In this document: positions 1 through 10,135 of the stretch, one piece after another
Position numbering within the stretch: position 1 is the first letter of the stretch
How the letters are laid out: each line of letters starts with the position of its first letter
Assembly: GCA_002633005.1 (NCBI GenBank)
Contig: NMRA01000116.1
Span: forward strand, 342,474 to 406,473
Source: Phoronis australis
Lineage: Eukaryota > Animalia > Phoronida
Direction of reading: 5' to 3'
DNA length: 64,000 nucleotides
The notes under the pieces: generated by a model
Told to the model about the DNA's origin: nothing
Seen by the model: the letters and a program-made list of their open reading frames with translations, nothing else
The model's database searches: none
Translations under genes and position numbers: made by a program

Positions 1-769
1 TAACGTACTAGAAACCACATAACCAATAACACAACTTCAACTAGACTTAGAGGGAACCAAACATATTTGGTTTTATTTTTACTAAACATACAAATTCCAG
101 TTATCCAATACACAACCTATTTCAGCATTAGTTGCTGTTCCCACAGGCAATGTCAGCTTTTTCGTCTTCTCCTTGTCTGCGAACAGGTAACTTCTTGTAA
201 TTGACTCGTTACACTTTAACGAGGTCATTATTGGCTCAGTGAATCTAAGTGTTGGCCTGAATGTGTCACTTCACCACTGTAGCATGCACTATTTATAACA
301 ATTTAAGCTGAAATATACCTGGATTTGTATTTAGTAAAGATGTCACCAACGTTATTGGGTTTCACCTCTAAGGAATTGTGAACCAACAACACAAAGCTGA
401 ATTTCTGATACACCTTAGTATCACCAGGGCTCAAACTTAGCACAAGCTAAGGAGCAACAACCACCTGGTTTCGTTAATTTTTTCTTGTAAGCTTCGAAAC
501 AAGAAGCAGTAACTGCTTGAACCTGTGAAAAGCTTTAACTTTTCAAGTTTAGTTTCAAAGCGTAGAAGCAAAAATATGCTGGTAGGATTATAAGGTTTAA
601 GTTCTAACCTAGAATTCAATCTAAGTTTCAATAGGACTGACTGAATTTTATCTTATCATATGTAACATTACGCCTAAAATCTTAATTTACACTAACGCCT
701 TTTAAATGGCCACATTTCGGTCACAAATTTCACCCGTCATTGCAACGTGTTAATATATTCTTAGCATAA

Positions 770-892
770 CGAGCTCAGATATCTGGTACACTCATTGTGG
801 GCACATGGATTTCCTGGTAGACGTCGGGATTTGAACCTAGGACCTTCGGGTTGTCAGTCCAGCACACCGACCACTAAGCCACAGAGTCGCCC
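770..892 (-). mobile_element. tRNA-derived SINE (head plus short body)
   Basis: Minus strand reads GGGCGACTCTGTGGCTTAGTGGTCGG...GGTTCAAATCCCGAC: Pol III A box (TGGCTTAGTGG) and B box (GGTTCAAATCC) at tRNA spacing, but acceptor and anticodon stems do not pair cleanly and non-tRNA sequence follows. Confidence 0.65.
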
Positions 893-2189
893 AATAAATT
901 CAAGAGAAATGTATTATGTTCTTATATCTTCCCTACTACCTAAGGAAGGATAGACAAGTATCACTTAGCTGCTTGCTTGGCTGATTGAAGACATTTCGCC
1001 TTATGTATCTACAGTGTGTATGAAATCTGAAATTTGGTTAGAAATAAAACCACAACTTGCTAAAGATGAGCTGCAATTTATTGCACATAATGTCTTTATA
1101 CTGCCAATTAATTGAAAGTATGTCGATGAATCTATTTTGAAAAAATTGGAAAAGTTTGAACTACACACTGATGCTGAACGTAATGTTTTAGTTTGCAGCA
1201 ATTTTAATGCATACACAGTTGACTTTAGAATTTCCGACAACAATGTTCATTTCATTGGTAATGAGTTTGAACTCAAGGGCTATAGATCATGGATGCGCTA
1301 TTAATACAAAACTCCATTGTTGACGATGATTACAAGCAGTATGGTTTAGAATTATTGCTTGTATGCAAATCAGCACACTAGCGTATTTTAAATGAAGGAT
1401 GAGTAATGATGGGGGTATAGATTGCACAACAGGTACAGCTAATAATGGCCAAAGCGTTGTGCTGTATGAGCCCATATTATTTATGCTTGCAAATTTTCAA
1501 AATGGGGAACAGGTAGATTGTATAATTCTAATAATTAAACACTGGTTAAGAATTGTTTAGTTATCATGAAATAAGCATATCAAATTATGTTACGCTTTGC
1601 AGTTTGGATTCCCTGACAATGGTGGCAGAGAGTGAGGATTTAAATGTTGCGCTCAGCTGGGCTTGGAATTGTACGGATTAACCAATGAGTAACTGATATG
1701 GACATTTCTGTGAAGAAATTCAAAAATGAAGACATGGAATAGCAACATTGGAATGGAAACTTGTTGTCTCAGAGTAGTCACAGTATTTATAAATTGTTCA
1801 AAAATGATTTTGAATTGGAAAACTATGCACCTCATGTTAAAAGCTTTGTTCTGTTATCTAGATGTACTCAGAGGAGTCTAATGTCACCAACAGGTAGATG
1901 AACAGGTACTGAACGGATGTGTACTTGTCGTGACTTAAATGAGCAAGTCCTCCACAGAACAATCTCCGCCAGCGACACTTGCTACCTATTAAGAAATATA
2001 CCGGATAGCACTTCTGTAAACACAATGAAAACAAACTTATTTCATAAAACTGAGTAAAGAAACTTGTGTAAATTTTTATTAAAGGCTAAAGAAAGATGTC
2101 GATTTATAAAAGATGTGCTCATGTGTACATAAGTGTTTGTTATTGTTTGTAATGTGGCCCAGTGGCATTTACTACATAAAACACAATTG

Positions 2190-2312
2190 AAATTTATGCA
2201 ATAATCGGATATAACGTGCTCAAATTTCGAGAACTAATTTGATGCCCATTATTCACTGGAGAAATATGGTTCCAAAAATGCAAGCATGTAACATCCGACA
2301 ATTTCTGAATTT
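2190..2312. mobile_element. Small palindromic MITE (~120 bp), copy 1 of a 3-copy family in this window
   Basis: Core TTTGATGCC(C/T)(A/G)TTATT..TGGAGAAA..TGGTTC.CAAAAT recurs at 26378-26495 and 35606-35680; the ends are imperfect inverted repeats. Confidence 0.5.
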
Positions 2313-3114
2313 TATTGACAATAATTTGAGGATGGAGTATGCCAAGAGATTTGTGTTCTTAGTCATTGGAGGGCGACTCTCCAGTTTTGACCCCAACAAA
2401 GAAAGTACATCTAGTCTGATGCTGCGACACTTTTGAACAGGCTTTTGACATTGAAACCGTGTGTTGTTTGGTTCAATGTTGATTGATGTCAGCATTGCAG
2501 TGTCTTGAGTTCTTCACAGCCAATTTTGCCAACTCGTGGGGACAGTATACTGTTGACAACCCTTGTGGTGAGAGTGCTGACAACCAAAAGGCCCAAGGTT
2601 CAAATTCAGCAATCTACTCAGAAAAAAATATGATTCCAAGTGCCCACCATGAGTGTACCGCATAAACGTGGTTGTTATTCTAAGAACATTATAGCACCTT
2701 AAGATGGCCGAAGAAATGACAGACCAAAACGTCGTGCCACTGTAAATAGGCCAGAGATTGGTGTAAATGGACCACTTCAAAATGGTTTTAGGAATGAATA
2801 GTAAAATACACTAAACAGGTTCAAACAATCCATACAACATTTGAAAAATAACACTCAGTCTATTGAGTTTACGGGTCACAGTTCTTATCGTCTGTGTTTC
2901 AAAAACACTGGAATTGTAAAAATTAGGTGTAGTCCACAACATCAATTTTATTGAACAGAAACACAGCTTTGAACCGTAAAGTCACAAATACCCCTGAGAT
3001 ACAGGACAAGCACAACTGCACCTGTAATAGTTCAAAAACCTCTGATACTGAAGAACATGCCTTGAGCTGAATTCAAAGTGATTCGGTCACCGACAACAAA
3101 AAATTGAACTTCAT

Positions 3115-3252
3115 AGACAAAGGCATGTTCACAAGGAGATGAAGTTGACTACTCAAATAAGACAAAGGCATATTCACAAGGAGATGAAGTTGACTACTCA
3201 AATAAGACAAAGGCATGTTCACAAGGAGATGAAGTTGACTACTCAAATAAGA
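3115..3252. repeat. 45-bp tandem repeat, 3 copies
   Basis: AGACAAAGGCAT(G/A)TTCACAAGGAGATGAAGTTGACTACTCAAATA x3, one mismatch. Confidence 0.95.
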
Positions 3253-3714
3253 TTTCTTGGTTTTCAAAATATGAACAGGTGATCATCACATTTATTACTT
3301 AAAAAACAGAATTCTGAACCGAAACACAATTTTAAACACCGCAAAACCATGATAGTTTCAATTGCTCATGCATTCAGTTATTTTGCATTTGGTGTGTACT
3401 AATTATATCATTAGTGATGTAAACACACAATGTCCTGGTGGCTTTTGGATATTCAATATTCGAACTAACCAAGGAACAACAAACTTGAACAGAACTTTTT
3501 TAAATTTCCCATCTCAGCTAAAATTGACTACTAAACAAATCATTTTTTCTTGAAATAACAAAATTAATTTTCAAATATGTGAAAGAAAATTCTCCCGATC
3601 AGAAGATTTATGCATCCCTAAGCCAGTGGAATGTTCACATGTACACAACCTTGAGCTTAAGCATGATTCCAAGTTCAGGCACAGCATTGCCACTGGCACT
3701 GTCTAGCTTCTGTT

Positions 3715-4308
3715 TAGACAGTGACCAACGTCTCTAGCTGGCTCAGTAGATATGGTGGATCACCTACAGGAGCTTCATACACTGGAAACTTTTCGGCGAA
3801 TTGTGACTCACATTGATTAAAAAATCAAGTCACATTGTTACATGTATGTACCTTTTGCGATTAGAGGGAACCTTAGGAGGCAGTTGATGTGTTTAATTCC
3901 TTCCAACTCAGACAAATACTCCCGTAATCAAACTTTTTCTTTGAGCAGTCCTTTGTTCAGTTCACAAAATCAGAAACTGGCCTTTTTTAACACCCCGCCC
4001 GGTAGGCATATGACGTCATATCCCCTGGCGTGCACAATATAAGAAGGACCAATAACCAATTTTGGGAACTGAATGAGGGACCGCTCAAAGGAAAAGTTTG
4101 ATAACTGGAGTATTTGTTCAAGTTGGGGGGAATTGAAAGACATCCTACTTAGGTCTCCCTCTATACGCAAAAGGTATTTATAACAACATGACTTTGATGT
4201 TTTAGTCGGTGTGAGGCATGAATTAGGAGAAAGGCTTCCAGCGTATGAAGCTCCAATAGGAGCTACACCGTCTCTACTGATCTAGCTAGAGACGGTGTTC
4301 ACTGTCTA
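3715..4308. mobile_element. Foldback non-autonomous DNA transposon, Mutator/MULE-like (9-bp TSD)
   Basis: Termini TAGACAGTG...CACTGTCTA; imperfect inverted arms of about 270 bp; identical flanking 9-mer GCTTCTGTT at 3706-3714 and 4309-4317. Long TIRs with a 9-bp TSD are typical of MULEs. Confidence 0.75.
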
Positions 4309-4831
4309 GCTTCTGTTGTGCTGCTAGGCAATTACATCGCCCTGGATGCCGCAGGCATCCAGGGGTGATAGTACATCCTCACAAAAAGTTACGAATTTCA
4401 AAATACAGGAAATAAACTCAAATGAAACATGCATATATGCACATGGAGTTATAAAGAACTCATACCATAAGTCTAGAGACGATTCAGTCAAGATAACTTG
4501 AACAAATCGATGAAAATCTGTTGCGGTTTGCTCGAGTTTCTCTTACCGGGTGCCATTTTGAGGAAGCTACGTGAAATCATGCATGTTGACGAATAAAAAG
4601 TCCAACGGAGACAAATCTTACAAATTTCATTTGATACCATCTCATGCTATTTTGCAAGTGTCAGGCGCTAGCGTCCCGCGCTTCGCTCAGTCTTGCGCTA
4701 GCCTTTGCCCATGTGGTGAAAAAGTTAACGGCAACCAAAAAAGTGGAGTAGGAATTCTTCGCCAAAGTCACCTTAATTCTCACAACTAAGCTTCATCGAA
4801 GATATGAATAGAAGCAGAAAGGACCAATGAA

Positions 4832-6239
4832 CACGGGTGAGAAACAACATGACCGCCGGTCCTCTAAATCGGACTGACTCACCCAAAACAGGACCTCTGG
4901 GGATCAAATGGGACCGCTGCACCAGAAAATGGGACTGATGCACCTAAAAACATGAACGCCCCACCACAAAACAGGACCGCCGGGGACTGAACATGACCAC
5001 CGGAGACAAAATGTAGTAATCAAGGCCTTTGTATGATACTGCAGGTTATGACGTAACCGATCAGCTAACTGTGTAAAGACTCGCCAAAATAAAACTTGGT
5101 AGCACTGCGTTATTGAGCTCCATTACATCCCCGAAATTTCCCACAGCCCGGGAAAAGTTCTGCTTGTCACCTCGTCAAGTAAAACTTATATCAACATGTA
5201 GAGCTAGCGAGCGGAGCAGGCACATGCAAAATCTAGGAGTCAATCAACACTCACCTTGCAGGTTGCAGCCGCTTGAGTGAAAAAAAATTAGTGAACGTCA
5301 TTTGTTTGCCTATTGTAACAAAAGTTTGTCGCTCTTGTGACACGAGCACGCACCATTTCCTAACATTTTGCAACATCTTTTGGAAGATGATGACTCAACT
5401 TCGCAGCAGCACGATTTGTTCTGAAATTCGGTTTGCTGGTATTAAAACACTAAACACGTATGACGAAATGATAATTTGTTGTGTCATGCATGCAACCTTG
5501 TAGAAGAGAAGAGCTGACTGAAGCCGGTGAAAAATGAACTGGTCAATGTCAGCCGACCTAAGAGAACGCATCTCAATTTTAGCAGCAGAATAACGACAGA
5601 ACGACAAATTTTCCCGGCGAGCGCCGATAAATAATTTAGTTTATTCTAGGAAGAGTGTCGTTAATAACACTAATTTGGTGAAGATTTTATATGTTCAGTG
5701 TTTTACCCACATCGGCGCCAAGCTGTATATTTAAATACTGCTTTGCCGCACAAAGGCTAGTTATGAAGCTTCACCCGAGAACCAGAACTATAATGTCACA
5801 TTGGAGAAAACGATTTTCATTTTGTTCTAAAACTTACGCAGTGGATAAAGTGATTATTTAGCTCAAAAGTGTGCAATGTGGTTGGTTAGAGGTTATAACT
5901 CAAAAGCGCCGCGTGTTACAAAGCAAAATGTCCTCTAGCACACAAAAGATTTTGTTGGATTAATCGACACAAGACCTGCATATGCATACGTAAATAGCCA
6001 TTATATGATCTGTGTAAGCCCACCGATAATCAATCTTAGCTTGTTTGTCATTGCGGTTTCAATCCCCGGCGGTCATTTTCAGTCCCCGGCGGTCCTGTTT
6101 TTCTGGTGAGGCGGTCATGTTTTTAGGTGCGTCAGTCCCATTTTCTGGTGCAACGGTCCTATTTGATCCCCGGAGATCTTGTTTTGGGTGAGTTGGTCCG
6201 ATTTAAGAGGACCGGCGGTCACGTTGTTTCTCACCCGTG
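4832..6239. mobile_element. Non-autonomous TIR DNA transposon (~1.4 kb), hAT-like, 6-bp TSD
   Basis: Termini CACGGGTGAGAAACAAC...GTTGTTTCTCACCCGTG; about 175-bp imperfect inverted arms with GACCGCCGG subterminal repeats; flanking direct repeat AATGAA at 4826-4831 and 6240-6245; no transposase ORF seen. Confidence 0.8.
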
Positions 6240-9200
6240 AATGAAGAAAGTAAGTGCTTTTTTAAGACTTTAAGTGATAGTTTTTAAGTGTGGAATGTAT
6301 TTTTGACCACGTGAAAACTCAAAATTGGTGGCTGGATTTGGCCTACTGCCCGTTTAAAATACATGGAACGAAATGAAGTATTGTAGCCGCCAACCGGCCA
6401 ACCGAGGGGCTGCGTGTTGCCTACATTGTGCTGAGTACTGGACATGTCAATTGTCATTCAGGGTTGTGTGCGCTGACCTTATTTGATGGATGCTACATAA
6501 ACAATTCACGTCAGAACCAATAAAACGCGTTTCAAAGGCTACATGATAGAATGAGTCATGTATACTTACTTTGATCGCACAGAAACGGCCGCCAGAGGAG
6601 AATGGACGCAACCGGTGACGAGTTTTGAGGACAAGCACAATCTGCCGCAACCAACAAGGGCCATTTTGTAAGCGGAAGAGGCCTTTAAGCGACACCTGAC
6701 GGGCGTTTCGCATATGCTAGAGCCTCACGAACACAAGATTCACGCAGTTCGCGAGAAATTTCCTAGTCTTGTCAAATACGGTCTCTGGTCTTTTCCACCT
6801 ATGATCAAAGACGCTACGGTCTCTGCTATGATCTGCTTGTTCCAGTCCCACACGAGAAGCACGTGATTGTAACATCTTTGTTCGCTAGATTCTTGCGTGT
6901 ACGGAACTTAGCCATGGTGAGCAGCATGAGATATCCCTGATGTCGCCAAGACCATATCAAAGATACTATGTCAGTAGGCCTATCTTAGACCATATGTCGG
7001 AATCACGACCGGGTACTGTGACGCGGCAGCCGGAGCCGGACAGGCCGGCCCGCGGAAGCGTAAAGAATCTCTGTATATTCCCATTTGAGTATGGCGATCT
7101 GTTGCGATCGCTGAAAAACATTACGACATGCTCGAATATGAAGTTCATGATGAGTTGTAGGGCCTATTGTATTTTTTGAGTATCGTGTCTTGCTGTGCGC
7201 CGTAGCCTACTTCGGTCCATGCGCATGTTTCCGAAAGAATGCATTTTCTCAAAGAAAATTGTTTCACGCAAATGTTTGGCATAGACACCTTCACCGTCCC
7301 GTATGCTTATGTAGGCGCCGGTGCATGGATGTCCTTGGAGTGTTTGACTTTGCGGTGCCGCCAGAACGCCGAGCAGGCACACCCCAATGTCCTGCCGGCG
7401 ACGAATTTTGAATGAGCCAACTGTGGGCTATTGTTGCCAGCGCGACTTAGTTTAGAATGGCAACCAGCATTGTTCTGCTTGGGTCGCTTGCTTATGCAGC
7501 TAATAACATATTGCCATGGCTTCTGTAACTATACTGAGGAACCGCTCGATCTACCGGAGTCACTGAGTCACTATCTGGTCAGTATTCGCTATATTTGCAA
7601 AAACAGCAAATGGACCTTTTTAGCTTACAACGCTTAGAAGAAAATTTAGAAATATTATTAATGCAGCATTTCGCCCTAATTGTTTAAGTTGCTGGCTAAA
7701 ACGAAAGTTGACTTCGACTAGGCCTTTGGGTCTCATTAGCAGGCTTCAGTTACAATCACTCACGGTACTGGTGATGCGAACTCGTCGTTGCACGCTATCG
7801 TTTTTGCAGCCGCAATTAAGACGCAGTTTGGAATTGGAAGTGAAGAACTTTTTGACGGAAACAAATGACAAGCGCTTTAGAAAACGATGCCATTTGTATC
7901 ACGATTCTTATGCCTGGGAGGAATTTGATAATGATTTTCGATTCGATTCTTGTTTGTCAAATTAATTCATTTGTTCACAAACGAAATTTGTCATTAACTT
8001 GCCACCGTACCAATTTGAGCTATGCAATGTTAAAATGATAAGATTAAAACTAATGAACGATCCTGAGCTGTTTATTTGCTCAATATCCCAATTTTCGTGA
8101 TTGTAAGACACACATACCAACGGCGAAATTGGAATTACATATTAAATCGAAATGTGGTTACGTAGGCGTGTCGATATGGAAATCGTTTGCTCCTGCATCG
8201 AGTTCGATCATGATTTGATGCAATAGTCGCACTGACCCTTATCAAAACTGAGGCAATGTCAGCATTAGTTTGAACAAGTCGATCGTTGCATGGGCGGTTT
8301 AGCTAAAAAGCGTTGAAAGCAAAGTTCCATGGCCTTTACAAATTGAAATTAACTTGTCTACCGACTAGAGTATCAGTTGAGTCAATTTCAAACCAAACAA
8401 TCAATATTCAAGCTCTGATGCCATAAAGTCATGACCCACCACCAGTTTTCGAACACTTTCTTGCTATTTTCAGAAATTCTCTTATTGTCGAATCCCCGTC
8501 TTTGACTAGAGCGCAAAGCAAAGCGTGTCGGGTGGTAATTGTACATTTGATATTGACTGCACTTCAGTGGTCAAAGAGCTGTGGTGAAAAAGTGACGTCT
8601 TGACAATTAATCCATAACGAGTTAGTTGATGAATATCAAATTCTGGTACCGATTTCACTCGGAATCAAATAGGTTTGATGCCGTTTTTAACTCCATATTC
8701 TGAAAATTTGGCGGAAATCAGTGATTTATATTTCCAAAATTAGGTTGAGAGAATCAGTCATGCGGCAAACTATTGTGTATGTGACCTCCACACAAAGTAT
8801 CCTTTGACGAACACTGAGGAGTCAACACCAGGCGAAACAAGTCTTCAAACAACGTAAAACCAAATGGTCGCAAAATACTTGCATTGAAGCTCAAAATACA
8901 CAGAAATACACTTCAAAATGTAAAAGTTCTGCAAATACTCCGCGGCACATAAATTAGAATAATGATTCCCCCAACCGTAGTAGTGTCCCAAGTGAACCCT
9001 TAGTCTTCTGGTGAGGGTGCGCAACACAAAAGGCGTCGCCACCAGGATAGTCTCTTCTCGTTTGTTCGTGACGTAGACTTATTATTACGACATTTCTTTT
9101 GTTTCAGATACCCGTGATCATCATATTCTTTTCTCACGCTAGCGCTTTCACTATTAACAGAAGGGTGGTGGCCCACGCGGTAACCTCAGTCTGTCACCAG

Positions 9201-9354
9201 TAAGGTTATCGACACGACCTTCGTTGCCATAAGAAACATCGACGTCTCCACGGATTTTATTGATAATGCCAGTTACAAGTCCGTTGTTTTCGTCTGTGCC
9301 ACGGCATTCCCGAACTCTATTTGTAAAAGAACTTTCAGATTCAGTTTCAACATT

Positions 9355-10135
9355 TGTATCATGCGCTGTGTCACCATTTCCAAACAGAGTATCATGTCCC
9401 GGATCACCATTTCCATAAGGAGCATCAAGGTCAGGGTCACCATTTCCATGCAGAGTATCATATCTTGGATCACCTTTTCCACAAAGAATATCATGCCCTG
9501 GATCACCATTGTCGTACGCAGTATCGTACTCTGGATCTCCATTTTCATACGCCGATTCGTGCTCAGGGTCATCATTTTCATACGCAGAATCGTGATCAGG
9601 ACCACCGTTTTCATATGACATATCGTTGTTAGGATCACCATTTCCATAAGGAACATCAAGGCCAGGATCACCATCTTCATACGGAGTATCATTTCCTGAA
9701 TTATCATTTCCACATGAAGTATCATGCCCTGGATCACCATCTCCATGCAGAGTATTATTTCCTGGATAACCATTTCCACACGAAGTATCGTGCCCTGGAT
9801 CACCATCTTCATACGGAGTATAATTTCCTGAATTACCATTTCCATGTGGAGTATCATTCACTGGATCACCATTTCCACACGAAGTATCATGCCCTGGATC
9901 ACCATCTTCATACGAGGTATCATTTCATGAATTACCATTTCCACGTGGAGTATCATTCACTGGATCACGATTTCCACATGAAGTATCATGCCCTGGACCA
10001 CGATCTCCATACAGAGTGTTATTTCTTTGATCACTATTTCCACTACAAGTATCATGCATTGGACCACCATCTCGACGCGAAGTATCATTCGGATAACCAT
10101 TTCCACCTGAAACATGGTGCCCTGGATCACCAGTC
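9355..10135 (-). repeat. 33-bp coding tandem repeat array (roughly 23 units) with a 99-bp higher-order duplication
   Basis: Plus-strand unit resembles GTATCATGCCCTGGATCACCATTTCCATACGGA; 9781-9879 and 9880-9978 are near-identical 3-unit blocks. Confidence 0.9.

Noticed and set aside
818-892. Functional tRNA gene
   Set aside because: A and B boxes are present but the cloverleaf stems do not pair and there is no terminator; treated as a SINE head.
4332-4830. Hairpin CATCGCCCTGGATGCC-GCA-GGCATCCAGGGGTGAT and flanks suggesting a Helentron/HINE-type repeat (similar style at 45600-46450)
   Set aside because: The hairpin is real but I cannot define element boundaries or family from this window.
7705-7745. 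Possible hammerhead core on minus strand (CTAATGA...GAAG)
   Set aside because: Both catalytic boxes are mutated; not supportable.
9925-9927. Selenocysteine interpretation of the in-frame TGA
   Set aside because: The aligned repeat position is Gly (GGA), not Cys, and I see no SECIS element; a point mutation is simpler.
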